A DNA stretch of 64,000 nucleotides, from assembly GCF_009914755.1 (NCBI RefSeq), contig NC_060930.1; one strand, 5' to 3'. Position 1 is the stretch's first letter. Each line of letters begins with the position of its first letter. The stretch is from the human T2T-CHM13v2.0 reference genome, Homo sapiens. Shown here one piece after another: positions 40,204-57,853 of this stretch. The notes below the pieces were generated by a model. The model did not search any database, was not told the origin of the DNA, and worked only from the letters and a program-made list of their open reading frames with translations. The translations under genes and the position numbers were made by a program.

Positions 40204-41329
40204 TTAACAATTTGTTTGATTCAAGGTCCAAATACAGTCTATACATAGAGATTGCTTAATAGGTCTCTCAAGTCTCCTTTGACTTCTTGGTTCCCCCTCC
40301 TCCTTTTCTTTCTTCTTTTTTTTTCCTTGCAATTTTCTGTTGACAAATTGGGCCATTTGTACTGTAGAGTGTCCTGCAGTCTTGATTTTGTTGATTTCAT
40401 CCATGAAATGTTGTTTAGTGTGTGTTTCTATGTTTCTTATATTTTTCATAGATTGATAGTTAAATCTAGAGCTTATTCAGATTTGTTTTATTTTTTAAGC
40501 AAGATTACTTCATAGGTATGTCCATGTTATTTAATTTCAGTTCTCCCTCTCTCTCTCTCTTTCTGTCTTAATCTCTCTTTCTATCCACCCCACCCTCCCA
40601 CTATGCTAGCCACCATTAATAATTATTTCCTAGATCCATTACTTTATTAATGTTGGCATAATTTTCATCTGACTCTAGAATTCCTTTATCATTTCTTAGC
40701 TGGAATAGTTCTGTAAAGGAAAACATCCCCTTATTTGGTTAACTAATGTATAATTCATATAGGAAGAGCTTGACTTTTAAATGCTTGACTCTTTCTGTTT
40801 ATTCATCAGTTTTCAAAATAATAACTGATTACTGAACATGCTCTGAAGTTATCCATCAGTGTTTTTTTATACCTCATATACTTACGAATATACATATATT
40901 TGATGTATTACAGATATTATTTTTAGTAATGTTTAGAATGTCCCATCTTTGGTCAGCAGGAGCTTATTTAAGATGTATTTTGGTATCTTTTGACATGACT
41001 TTGATTCTGGTATGACAAGGTGTTCCAGGCTTGTCATACTTTTTTGTTACAGATTTGGAATTGGCCATTTCTCCAGGGAGAACAGGTTATTTTCAGTGGG
41101 GCACGGTATTTAGAGATCTCAGTTAAAGCTCTGAGAAAGCTTATTGACACTGGTTTAACCTTTTTTTTTTTTTTTTGAATTTGCAAGTGGGCAAAATTAG
41201 GAAAAGTGTATTTTTTTCTTGCAGATATGTATTTGTTAATATTTTTGCAAAATACAGAGAGTAGTGTCTAATGAGTTCAACTTAGATTCTCAAGTACAAA
41301 ATATCTGCTGATATAGCAACTTTAAAAAG

Positions 41330-43680
<2,351 letters not shown>

Positions 43681-46024
43681 AATTCATAAAGGTATTATTG
43701 GTTGTATTTACTTGTTCTTGTATCCCTTCTAGTTTAGTCTTACGTTATGATATTATTTTTATTTTATTTTAAAATCTTTTATAAATTCTGTCGCCTTTTC
43801 AAATTTTCATTTTCTTCAGTTATCTCATTTTTTAGTTTTTCTTAATTCTGATTTGTTATTCTTTATTGTCTTCTATTGTGTTTCATCTAAGTGGCTGCTA
43901 AATATTATATTACACTTTTTATCTTTTGTAAGTATTCCTTTTGACACATTTTAATTGTTTGCCTAGGTGTTTTGCCTCTCTCTGTCTCAAGTAATATCTT
44001 TGTATAAGTTCAACTCTCATGTTTTTTTGGATGTTAATTTTTAAGGAAAATGAGCTTTCCATCATTTCCAGTGGGATGGTAGTTAGGGTAGCTTTTCTAA
44101 TTTGAGGCCTCTAATGTCCCCTTTTCTGTTGTTTTCATGGAACGTATCGGAACCTTCTCTTTCTTCTGTTCCTTTTGCCGCATCCTGCCCAATTTGGATT
44201 CTCCCCTAGCAATTTCTCCTCATTGTGGGATTTTGTCCTGGAAGGGAGCTTTGGTGGAACAAAAGTAACCTAAGCCACTCTCTCAGCTGGCACGGGGCCT
44301 CCAGGGAGTGTTCATTGGGTTCTCTTATTCTCAGGGATGCCGATTCCCAGTTGACCTTACTTCTTCCTTCATTGAGGATGACCTTGCATTGGTCTTGCAG
44401 CTGTGGGTGCTTCGTCTCCCAGTATCTAGGGGTTTGTAGGGGATATCTTGTCACCTGTTTGCTGCGCACATTGCCCAAGGGATTATGGTTTTGCTATCAT
44501 ACTTGCTCTGCCTGTGCTTTATGAGAGGACTCAAGAATATTTAAAAACCATACATCTCTCACTAGCAGCTACCCAGAATCCTTGAAAAGTGTTTAAAACC
44601 CAATGTGATGGAAGGAAGATTATAAAACAAAAGAATAAATAAAACATAAAACTCTCCCTCGGGTACATTATAAGCCTCTGTTATATGTAAGTAATCCATA
44701 TCTACAGATTTCTCTAATCAAAAGTTGGAAGAAATATAGCTATGCTTTCACAGTTCCTGACAAGCTGCTTGCTTATTAAATAGCTTTAAAGTCAGTGTTT
44801 TGATTTTTGCTCCTTTCCATTTCTAGGAAGGACCATGCAAACATTTCAGAAAGATGAGGAATTGATCTGATCTCAAACCACAGAGGCAGCTTTTATTCCT
44901 TGTCTGTTTCCTTTACCTCCTTGTCCATCCTCAACGGGGATAGAGAATGGCGCTGTGGAGTCATGCTGTGAATATACTCAGGGGCTACTTAATGCCTCTA
45001 TTAAAAAATTAATATTTATATCACAAATATAGACATATCTGTGAGTCTTCTATAAGCTTGTCAGTGTTTCTTTGAATTAGTGTATCCCAACTGATTAGTG
45101 TGCTTTGGTAATATTGTGAGTGAATATCAAGCAAGAACTACCTCTGGACTCCTACAAACTATTATGCTCACCCTGAAAAAGTGACTAGTGACTATTCTAC
45201 ATGACTATAATAATCATTTTGTATTCACTGCAAGTGATACTTTTCTGTCATTGTTTCACATAAAAAGCTATTCTGAATAATTTCATTCGAATAGTATAGT
45301 TTTCCTACTTCTAAATTAGCAGGCAGTTTTTCTCATTGATTTTAATCTATTTTCATCTAACCACATTTCCAATTTACTATGATCTTTTGGGATTCAGAAC
45401 TTATCCTCAAAGGCAGAAGAACAGTTTTGCTTCCTAGGAAACCAGACTTCTATTTAATCATTCATACTATTGATATAATTATTAAACAACACTGAACCAG
45501 AAGTGTTCAACTCTTCTAAACGTAATTATGTATATTTATAATCTAATACTGCACTGTGTTATGAAACCCTTTAATGGAATAGATTGCTTTTGGAATCTGT
45601 GTAGATAGCACCATGATAAGCATTCAATTGTTACTGCTTAATACTGTTGAAAAAAAAGAGGAAGCAAGGAAGGAAGGAGGGAAGAAAGGGAGAGATGGAG
45701 GGAAGAAGGAATTGTATGAGGGTGTGTAGATAAGTGCTATGCACTGATATACTGTAGTCCTTGCAAAATGACCTTGGGGGGAAAAATCCGATTTTTAATT
45801 CCTTTGTGAGAAGGTGCTCAGTGTAGGTATACAATATTTCACTTAAGCAAACTATTTAAGAATTCTTTATGTTATAGAAACAAATGTAAAACCAGCAAAT
45901 CTCTCTCCTCTGTTGGGCATAGGCAGGGAGACTGAGAAAACCAGAGTTTTCCAAAGAAAAGCTCAAGTGTTAAATTTTTGCTTTTATACACTATATATTT
46001 TTAGATTAAAAATAAGCATTGATG

Positions 46025-46376
<352 letters not shown>

Positions 46377-47643
46377 CTAAGTGGATTATGCAGATGTTCT
46401 TGAAGCCAACACATCATCAGTTTAAAAATATATTCCCTGGATTCTTTTATTTTATAGCTCATCTTTAAAGCTAAATTAAACAGTAATTGTTGTGTCATGT
46501 GGAAATCCACTCCTGTCAACAAAAACCAAATCATAAAGTAAGAGTTGTGTTTTCAATGACTTTTGCTTATTAAGATTGTAGAAATATGGTCAAACCCCAT
46601 TATACAATGTCTTATTATTATATGGATGTGGATATACTGGGGGTCAAAAAAAATTTCATTTAATAAATTGATTTTACAAGTTGGAAAGTTGTGTTTGTTC
46701 CTATCCCCAATATGAGCATTATAAAGTTACACTATAAATATATGTAAGTCTGTCTTTAGGCCTCTCAAAATAAAGAACTTAAATATAACCTTGTAAAGTT
46801 TAACTTGTTATTAGATCATTTATTGGCCCGTGTCTTGCCACTTGACTTAATCATTGAGCTTTTAGTACTTAATCACTGAGCTTTTTAGCAAATTGTACAT
46901 TCAGCTGTATGTGCTTTCTTGGCTATGTGTGATGACTCTGCATGTATTTTAGACAATCTTAAGAACTGTGGGTGACCCATGTCTGGGTTTCCAGTGCAAC
47001 CTGTACATGTCTCTGTCATCACTCTTCTCACAGTGTACTGTAAATGTGATTCCTGGTCTGTCTCCTCTATCAGACCCTTAACCTCCTTGGGACCAGGGAC
47101 CAGTTTATCCATTTCTATGTCTCTTATGCCTATGACTATCCCTGGCAGAGAGGAAGCACTCAGTATGTATACATTATGAAGCCCACTAGAACCTTTCTCC
47201 AGTAATGACCTTGGCTTTTCTTATTGTGCAAAGTATTCAGAGTATTCTCTCTCTCATGAATGGTTGGAGACACTAAATTATATGACTTGTATTCTCTGGT
47301 CATGGGCACAGGGAAACACAGATTGGGCTTTAAATTTTTCTATTAATTAAATTTCAGTAACGCTTTATTAATTCTGTGCATTTTTCCTCTTCCTAGGGGT
47401 AATGATATGTACATTTTGACCCAGCAATTCTACCTTAGGGAATCTCTTCTACAGAAATAAAGGCACCCAGGCATAAAGGCTCATGATTAAGGAAGTCTCT
47501 GGCAGCATTTCTTGTAGAGGCAATAAATTGCAAATATCCTGACCATCTACAGGGCAGTGTTTGAATAAAATTTGGTATATCCATACTATAGATCTATACA
47601 TGTATAGATACAATTTTTTAAAAACATAGAGTCATACTGTATA

Positions 47644-47965
47644 CAGTCATTCTTTGGTATCCTCAGGGGATTGGTTTCAGGACCTGTGTGATACCAAAGT
47701 TTGCAATGCTCAAGTCCCTGATATAAACTGGCATAGTATTTTCATATAACCCATATACTTTAAATCATCTGTAGATTACTTATAATACTAATACAATGTA
47801 AATGCTATAAGTAGTTGTTACAGAATATTGTTTTTCTTATTTTTCTTATTTGTATTATTTTTATTGTTGTATTGTCATTTTTATTTATTTTTTCTCCAAA
47901 TACTTTTTATTTGTGGTTGCTTGGATCCTCAGATGTGGAACCTGTAGACGTGAAGTGCTGACTAT
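47644..47965 (+). mobile_element. MER2 (TcMar-Tigger) DNA transposon
   Basis: cagtcattctttggtatcctcaggggattggtttcaggac...tttaaatcatctgtagattacttataatac. Confidence 0.8.
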
Positions 47966-49982
47966 ATATCATTCTTTCTTTTTTATTTAAAATATATCTT
48001 GACATCCCTCCAGGTTAATACAGATAACTGTTAATTATTCTTTAGCATAGATATTATATTAGCTCAGTAGAGTAAGATTAGAAAAAGGAAAGAGAATGGA
48101 GATTATTTTTTCCTTATACATTTTTTTGACTTCTACTGAGCCTACATCACTTTTGTTATTAAGAAAATCTGATAAAGTTAAAAATGTGACAGTAAATGTT
48201 CATTCAAAGAGATCTGGCTTGATTTTTCAGGTTTCTTGGAACTAACTCTCTGAATATGATGAGTAATCAAGATGATTAAACACTTTGATGACAAATTTAA
48301 GATGTGACTACAAAGTAATGAGCCTGCTTTTTGTTCTTAGTTTTCACAAACTCAATTCAACAGTGTTTCTAAAAGAGTAGTTTCACAAGGCTTTTAGATA
48401 AATATAGTAGCACTGGAAAAACCACGTGATTTCAGGGTTGAGGAAAATAATTTGGATATTTAAGCTCTGGCATTTTTTAAAAGTCAGTTTCTATATTTTA
48501 TGGTCACAGTTACTATGTATTCATATAGCGCGCCAAGTGTGGCACATCAGCCAGTGACACCCATTGTTGAGCAGCTAAAATTCCATTCTAACTCATCTTA
48601 TTCTCTCCAATTTTTTATTTTTTATGGTGATATATCTTTCTCACTGTTATTGTTAGTTATTACTTTGACTAGATAGTCTTGTGATTTTTCACTATTCAGC
48701 TGTCATTTAAAAATCATATTGACATACTTTCCCTTGTCAGGCTGCCCTTGTGAGACAAGCATTTTAAGTGTTACAAGGAGGTGCTGTTACTATTACAAAA
48801 GTTATTATAGGAAGGATAAAAGGACTTGGTTGGGAACAGTAGCCCCATACATGAGAAAAAAATAGTTACATAGTTCCAGAGCATTGTAACAAGAGTGTAG
48901 GGTACATAAATGATCTCAGGTCACCAGATTAGTTCAGATAATAGAAGGAAATATGTGAACCCAAGTTCCCTGTATGGATATAAACTGGGAAATACAGAGG
49001 AATCTGCAGCATGGTGTACTAGGAGCAGAACAGGGTGCAAACGTATCCTGTGACTGGTTATCAGCAGAACACTGGGCCTGGGTCCAGTTACTTTGATCCT
49101 CTAGAGAAGCAAGATGGCTGCGTCGTGTAAAGCTAATTTGGTAGAGTTCACAGGGAGTACAGAGCTGGGTCCTCAAGCAGGCTGCCTGAGTGACCTCATT
49201 GTAGGACATACAAGGGCTTGAGTGCCTTCTATTCCCCTAAACAGAAATTCTTGGTATTGCTTTGATGTTTTTTCTCCTTGAGATGTAATTTTGTCACTCT
49301 CAAAACAATTCTAAGGCAAACAACAACAATAATAATGGCATGTGGTGTTCTGATCATTTAGGACGTTCTGTTGCTGTTTCTGATTCCAGGATCTAAGCAA
49401 TAGTCCTTCTTCAAACAGTGGTCTTCTGTCCTTCCCAGCAGATGGTACAGTGGTTGGAAATCTTTACAGGATTCCTGTAGAACCAAAGTCATAGTGACTT
49501 TGATGCGTCATTATGCCAAGGCCCAGAAGCTATGGAACATATTACCTTACCATGAAAGGCCTGCTTTGCAATGCTTTGGCACTTGCAAAAATAGTCTTCA
49601 CATTGAGAGTCCCAGAGTGTGCCTTACACAGTAATAAATTACATTACCAACAGCCATTATGACCTCAGTGAGAGATGCATGCAGCCAAGAGCAGCTACAT
49701 GTTACTGTCAGTTAATTAGCGTTGGTATTCATTAAAAGTGGGAGTGAAGGCCTGGAAACTATCCATTACTCATTGTGAATGGAGTCATGGGACAGCATAA
49801 AAGCTAGCCAAGCAACCACTGAAAGCAAGAACCTGGAAGCAGGTTAGAGATCAACGAATGGGTTACTTGGTTATAGTTCTTTACTATGTGCACACGCCTT
49901 CACACAAAAACTCACACACACTCATACACTCAGCCCACACTTGTAACTTCACACACACATTTTCATTGGCATCCATGGTTCA

Positions 49983-50457
49983 TGTTACAGGTTGAATTTT
50001 GGCCACCCACCCCAAAGAAATATTAAAGTTTTAAACCCTGGTGTCTGTGAATGTGAGTTTGTTTGGAAATAGGGTATTTGCAGATGTAATAAATTAAGAT
50101 GAGGTCATACTTGGTTAGGGTGGGCCCTAATCCAATATGACTGGTGTCCTTATAAAAAGAGAAAGCAGAAACATAGGGAGGAAAATGCCATATGAAGACG
50201 CAAAGACACATAGACACAGAGGGAAGACAGCCATGTGATGATGCATACACATTGGAGTTATGCTGCCACAAGCCAAGGAATGCCTGGGGGTATAAGAGGT
50301 AAGGAATGATCCTCTCTTAGAGGATTTGGAGGGAGAGTGGCCCTGCCACCACTTTGACATTGGACTTCTACACTCCAGACCAGAGAGAGAATACATTTCT
50401 GATATTTAAGCCACCCAGTTTGTGGTGTTTTGTATGGCAACCCTAGGAAAATAATAC
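49983..50457 (+). mobile_element. MaLR LTR (MLT1B/C-like)
   Basis: tgttacaggttgaatt...ggaaatagggt...taatccaatatgactggtgtccttataaaaag...ccctaggaaaataatac. Confidence 0.82.
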
Positions 50458-50843
50458 TGTAGCTCACGTTCATGAAATAGATACCCTCACACTTATGATC
50501 CTTCCTGTATCTTCTGTCACACTTTCACACTCAGGTTTCTGTCTCACTTAAAACAATTCAAATTCAAGCACAATAAGCTCATGCACTCCTACTCTCCTAC
50601 TGTAATCAATGTATGTGTTTTGAGTAACATGGAGGATTAGTCAGAATTGCAAGGTGGACAATTACTACTTTGTGCACTGCTTTGGAAGTAAGGAAAATGT
50701 TCTCTTTCATTATGATTCTTCAACCCAGAGAGAGCTGTGATAGATTATAGAAAATATTTTTATTTAGCATATATTTTTCTCATTACTAGCCTAATTTTGA
50801 TACTGTAGTAAACTTGCCCATGAACAAAGATGTCTTTGGGGGA

Positions 50844-51145
<302 letters not shown>

Positions 51146-51226
51146 TTTGGGGGAGTTTTTAATGTGACAATTTTTAACCAATTTCAAATTTTGGCAGAAA
51201 AAAAATGTTTATAGAAAACTTAAAAT

Positions 51227-51552
<326 letters not shown>

Positions 51553-51819
51553 CTATCATTTACTTTTAAAAACTATATTTTAAATAAGACACTTTCCCAG
51601 TGAATATTTATTTTCCTTCTTTAAAATGATCTGTACCATTTCCTTTCATACATATTTACTATTTGCAGTAGCTACGGTAGCTTATATTTTTGTGTTGAAC
51701 TTTATGGAAAATATAAATTATACAGAGTGGTTTTTGTTATCAAAGTGTTCATAGGCTGTACACCGTGTTCTTGAATTTATACCTCCTTCCCAACATACTT
51801 TTTCTTTGAGCATCTACTG

Positions 51820-53750
51820 ATGAATCAAACTGTCTGCCTCTACATCTCCAATTGGCTATCTTAAAGACAGTCAAACTGAACATACAGAAAACCAAGCTGG
51901 TGATATTTTTTGTCATTCCAACTCTCTTTCATGTCCCTGCCTCCAGGAATGTTGCTATCCTCCATCCAAGTCAAAAACCTGTGCTTCAAGCTTAACGTCT
52001 CCATCTCTCTCCATCTTCATCATTCTACTTTTATCTAATTAAACGCCACTATTTTATTTTACCTCCTAAATATCTCTGGAATCTATTTTAATTTCTTCAT
52101 CTCCTTCGCCACTAGTTTAGTCCAAATTACTATAATCTTTCCTCTAAATTACTGCAGCAGCCGTCTAATGGCAGGAAGGACAACAGCCACACTGACTTCC
52201 ACCCCATCCTCTTTTTTTACACTGCAGCCAAAGGCAACTTTTTGGAGAGCAAATAGTATGCCACCTGCCTGTTCAAATGTGCAATGGTTTTCCGAAGTTC
52301 TCAAAGTAAAGCCTGAAATCCCCAACTTGGCCTAGAAGTCCGGAATACTTCTGTAAGTTTCAGCTTACACTGCTGTCCCCCTTCTTGCACTCCAAACATG
52401 GTACCTTCTTACTATGAAGGTGTAACCAATGCACTTTGCTCCTCTCAACTCCAGGTTTTTGCACTTATTGTTTCCTCTGTCTAGAACACTTTTCTCTCCT
52501 GTTTTCCTCCCTGAATTCTTCCCATTGATTACCGTGCATCATTCAGAATTCCACTCAGACAACATTCTTCAGGAAAGTCTTTCCAGGTATCCCAGAACAG
52601 ATCAGGGCTCCTAGTAGTATGTTTATTGGTTCTGTCATTTATTCAACAGTCATTGAGCATCACTGCACTAGAAGAGGGGGGCTCTTCTAGGCACTAGGCT
52701 GCAACATTGGACATGAAGACAAGGCCTCAGCTCACATAAGCTTATGATACAGTTGCAGGGAAACGAAAACAAACAAGTAAATAAATAAGAAATCACCAAG
52801 TAGTGATAAGTTCAATGATAGAAAGAATTGAGAAAAGCACTAGGCTTCTCTTAGAAGGTGAGATCTAATCTCACACCTGAGTATCAAAAGAAGCCAAGGA
52901 CATACAATTCCATGGGAAGAGCATTCTCAGCAGAGGTTCTAGGGAGAGAAACATTCTCTGGAGAAGAGAAAGATGGATAAAGTGTGTGAGTAAAGGGGGT
53001 TATGTTATGCAGAAGACATAATCAGGGGCAGGGCTATGTCAAGGTGAGGTGTTTGGATTTTATTCTGAGGTTTGATGGGAAGCCACTGAAGGGCTTTAAG
53101 TAAGGAAATGACATGTCCCCGTTTACATTTTCAAAAGATCACTCTAGCTGCTCTGTGTAGAAAGATTTGAGTTGTGCAAGCCTCTAAGTGGAGCTATCAG
53201 ATGGGGGCTACTGCAGTAGTCCAGGTGAAAGACAATGGCGGCTTCAATTAGGATAGTAGCAGTGGGGTTGGAGAAAGATAGACAAATGGAGGATGTAGGT
53301 TGGCAGTAGAGTTAAGAGAAATTGCTGGTAGATTGGATAGGGAGATATGGGGAAAAGAAGAATTAGGGATGACTTCCTGATTGTGCAGCTAGGAGAATGG
53401 CAGTAGCAATTATTGCGATGGGATGCAGCTTTGGGGATGGGGAAACAAGAGTCTGGTTTTAGGCATGTGAAGTTTGAGATGTCTATTAGACAGCCAAGTG
53501 GATGTGTCAGATATGCCGTAGCTTCTAAGAACCTGGCATTCACGTGTCAGGTGAAGCCTGGAGTCACAAACTGGGAAACCATATAGATATTGAAGCCATA
53601 GGCCTAGATGGAAAAGTGAATAGGGGCCAGCATTGAGCTTCGGGACATACTATCATCTGCAGATAGAGCAGAGGACAAGGTACCAGCAAACAATACTACA
53701 AAGGAGCAGCCAGTGAGTGAGGACAACCAAAGGGTGGTGTATTCAGATAG
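51820..53750. mobile_element. L2 LINE fragments in both orientations
   Basis: L2 motifs such as aagatcactctagctgct and gtttgagatgtctattagacagccaagtgga; ORF 53244..53543 resembles a degenerate L2 peptide. Confidence 0.65.
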
Positions 53751-56059
53751 CCAATAATAAAAATAATCTCATTAACTTAATCCTATGTCAGGAGTTCTAT
53801 TATTGTTGCAAGTTCATCAAATAAATCTAAACAACCCCTTCTTAATATATTTGATTAAAAAAGAATTCTGTTTCAATCATCACAATTAAGTTTATTTCTC
53901 CTACCAGTAGGAGATAATCATCCCTTGGAGTAACAAATCTCATTCTCGTTAGTAAGTGGACAGAGTATTAATAGTAGGTTTTCTTCTGTTTCCCAACCCA
54001 ATAGTGGTGGTTAGCTCCTTGCCTCCTTTCTTTTAAGATATCCAATACCAATCAGGTAAAAGATGAATTTAACACTTACAAAAATTACAAATGTATGTCT
54101 GAGGATCATGGTCAAATACATTCCCAACAACATGTGAACACATCAAATGTTGAAAATAGAAGGTAGGATACCCTATATATAGTGGTAATTTTGTAGCTTC
54201 GCATTGAATATACATGTACCTATATTTAGTGTAAAAAGTCGAGGAATCTTCAAAAGAAATAAAGTTTGGGAGAGCAGGGAACAGGGGGTGATTTTAAAAA
54301 GATAAACATAAATAATTTGCCTTATCAAGGCATTTTCCACCCTGGGGTGTGTGTTTGCATAAACCTGCGTGTGTGCTTAAGGGTCAGGATCCAGCATGCT
54401 CACTTGGGGTAGGAGAGGCTTGTATCAAAACATTCATCAAAACACAGGCTGCATTCCATTTCCACAGCCCAATATCAAGATTGCCCAGAATTACATCTTA
54501 TGCCATTAGACGTCTAATGCAAAGCCATCAAGGCTTTCAGCTTTCCTCGGGGACACCTTGGGAGGAATTTCTGCCGAGAGTCGGCAACTCAGACCTGCTG
54601 CCTGTCAGGAAAGAACCGTGGTACAAGTTTCAGGGAGGGCTTCCGTTGTCAAAACAATAATAGCTGTAATTTTCTCTCCCTCTATTTACAGGAAACAAAC
54701 TCTTCCTTCCTGTCCTCTGCCTGTAGCAGAAAATAGACAAGCCAAGCAGATGTCCAGAGATGGCGGAGGAGTACCTCGGCTGCAGCTTCCTTGAGAGAAA
54801 ACAAACTCAAGGGAGCCTTGGGGGCTGGGGGTGAGAGTGCCGGGGCGGAGCTGGGGGGAGAAGGAAGGTGGCACAGTATTGTAATCAGGTTCCCTACTCA
54901 CTCAAGCTGAGTGCCCGTTGCCTTCTTTCTTTCCCTCCCTCTCCCTTTGTCTCTTTTGAACTTACTGTGAAACAAGTGAACTATATATGGCCAGGGAAAT
55001 CTCCAGCAGTCCCAGTATTTTTAAACTCTTGTAGTCTCCTGTTTGCACACTCATGTGACGTAGAGGAACTAGATCCAGAGAGTTTCTCATGGGAATCCGG
55101 GATGCTTCGGCATAACTGCTGGCTTTGGTTGCATGTGTTTTTGCCCCTTGTTAAAGCAGTCCTTGGGGTTTCATTTCACATCCAAAAGACCTGGGAAGCA
55201 GCAGATTCTGTGAGTGCACTAAGAATGTACCGGGGAGGCTGTGTTCAGGGTGCCTGTCCAGGATCGTCATCGAGGGCCTAAGAAACTTTCAGCCTGTGTA
55301 GCTGGCCTGGCTCAGACTGGAGGGTGAACTGCTGGGCATCTTAATGCAAACTGGAGGGCATTAGCAAGGAAGAATTATTCTCAGAACATTCCGCGAGCCC
55401 TTCACTGATGAATTCCTCATCGTTGTTGGGTTTTGTTTTGTTCTGTTTTGCTGTTCTTGTGCATTATCCAATTTTACTCAAGCTATTTTATTAATATGTG
55501 CCCCAATCCCCGCCTTCAGCGTGTGTTTCCAGTGACTGTTTATTTCTCTTTCAGTTCCTCTTGCAGACGTCCTTTTCACCACTGAAAACATGTTTCAAAA
55601 TGTCCTTGAATCGAAAATATTTTATTTTATAAGAAATATATTTTCAAGCAGTTTATTCACGAGAGTGATATATTTGAGGATTAAACGAAAATAGGGGAAC
55701 AACTCACATAGTTACTGAGTGGAAAAAATTACCTTTAAAACAGGATGGAAAATGAAATAGTGACTGTGGGTGTAGTTTCTTGTAGGAACACTAAGTGTAG
55801 TTAGCTGTCTAGGTCATGCACCACATAACTCTCGGTGCCACCACTCATAATATAGATTTAATTTAATATGATGATTTCCTGTCATATATTAGTGAAATGT
55901 CTTGAAGGAAGGGTCCCTTTTGTACAAAGGGGCCATATGGATTATTAGTAATCACTCTTTTTGAGGATAGGAATGAATCTTACCCGCTTTTTTTTTCCTG
56001 TTGCAATTTACCTGTTATAATCACTACTATTTACAGAGAGCTAACTTTCTATCAGACAC

Positions 56060-56270
56060 TAGTATTAACAATGTTATGCTGGTAATAGAGTTGGGAAAAA
56101 AAAAAGAGGCCCTGACTTGCAGTGCTTGCCAATTTCCATAGTGTAAATATTCCCACCATAGCCATGTTCAGGCTACCAAAGTTCTTGAAAGCTAAGTGTA
56201 GTGTTGAGTAGGGATGATCACAATTGGCTTTCCTGAGCCAGTATGAGTTGGCTGCAACAAAACTACTGGT
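56060..56270. mobile_element. MER63-like hAT DNA transposon
   Basis: ttgccaatttccatagtgtaaatattcccaccatagcc...gctacca...gagccagtatgag. Confidence 0.65.
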
Positions 56271-56579
56271 TCTATAATAAGTATTAACAGGCATTAATTG
56301 CTTTAAATATTAACAAGTTTTATTTGCTCTATAAAATGATATTATTATTATTCACCATCATACAGATATGGAAACTGAGGCAATGAAAAGTTATGTTACT
56401 TTGCATAAGGTGACAGAACCAGTAAGCAGTGGAGCCAAGCTTTCAGCCCAGGCTGCCTAACTCCAGAGCCCATGCACATAATCCCTAGACCATGCTGGAA
56501 GCAATAGTGCAGGTGTCAGCAAATGATTTCTACGTGAGGGCATCTTGATGTCAAGAAGTGTAGTAACTGCTTTAAGTAT

Positions 56580-57052
56580 TGTATCAGTTAGGGTTCCACC
56601 AGAGAAACAGAACTAGTAATCAATATACATAGCTAATATGAATATATAATAAATTCATATTATATATTTTTAATAACATATATATTTAGAAATAATGTAA
56701 ATATATATGGATATATGTTGATTTATTGCAAGGAACTGGCTTACGTGATTGTGGCAGCTGGCTACAAAAGTCTGAAATCTGTACAGCAGGCCCTCAGGAA
56801 GGGCCGACAGAAACTCTCGAGCAGGGGCTGACACTGCCGTCCACAAGTAGAATCTCTTCCTCAAGGAAGCCTAAGTTCTGTTCTTAAAGCTTTTCAATTA
56901 CTTGAATCAGGCCAACACAGATTATCCAGGACAATCTTTCTTACACAAACCAAACTATTATAGACTTTAACAACACCTACCTTCACAGCAACATCTATAT
57001 TAGTGTTTGATTGAATAACTGGAGCCTATAGCCTGAATAAGTTGACTCATAA
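56580..57052 (-). mobile_element. ERVL LTR (MLT2-like)
   Basis: tgtatcagttagggttccaccagagaaacagaac...gatttattgcaaggaactggc...aagttgactcataaa. Confidence 0.7.
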
Positions 57053-57054
57053 AG

Positions 57055-57515
57055 TGTTGAGTTGAATTGCATTGCCCAAAAATTTATGTTGAAATCTTAA
57101 TCTCTGGTATCTGTGAATGTGACTTTAATTGGAAATAGGGTCTTTGCAGATGAAATGAAGGTAAGGTGAGGTCATACTAGAGTAGGGTGAGACCTGAATT
57201 GAGTGTGACTGGTATCCTTATGAGAAGAAAAGGGAAATGTAGACACAGACATACAGGTAGAATGCTGTGGAAATGGAGGCAGAGATTGGAGTGATGCATC
57301 TCCAAGCCAAGAAACGACAAGAATTGGTGGAAGCCACCAGAAGGCATGTAGAGGCAAGGAAGCCTCCTTCCCTAGAGCCTTCAGAGGGAGCAAGGGCCTG
57401 CCAACACCTTGATTTGGGGCTTCTTGCATCCAGAACTGTGAAACAATAAATTTCTGTTGGTTTAAGCTACCCAGTTTGTGATCCTTTGTCATGGCAGTCC
57501 TAGGAATTAATACTA
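57055..57515 (+). mobile_element. MaLR LTR (MLT1B/C-like)
   Basis: ttggaaatagggtctttgcagatg...gaaacaataaatttctgttggtttaagctacccagtttgtg...ctaggaattaatac. Confidence 0.82.
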
Positions 57516-57853
57516 CAGGGATCTTAAAAATAACACTGTGATAATAAATAATGTCTACTTCACCAACATCTAGGACATGACTTTTACTAAAAACAAAGAC
57601 TATGCTTACCACAATTTTCTTGTGACACTCTCAGTAGTGGCATGTTGGTGGGCCCTTTCAAGTCAGAGGTGTATCTATAAACTAATTGCTTTTATTTGAT
57701 TCAACACATGCAGGAACGTATACACATCCTTACTGAAATAGTCACTGGAAGAAATAATTGACTTAAAGCAGTGGGGTTGCTATTATAAAATCAACTTTAG
57801 TAGCGCATTGAAATAAATATGTACGAATAAATGAGCGAGGAATAAATGTGTTC

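Noticed and set aside
57172-57612. 146-aa ORF (and the similar-sized ORFs at 31358 and 54868)
   Set aside because: The 57172 ORF is an antisense translation of an MLT1 LTR. The others have non-ATG starts, no domain similarity and no splice support.
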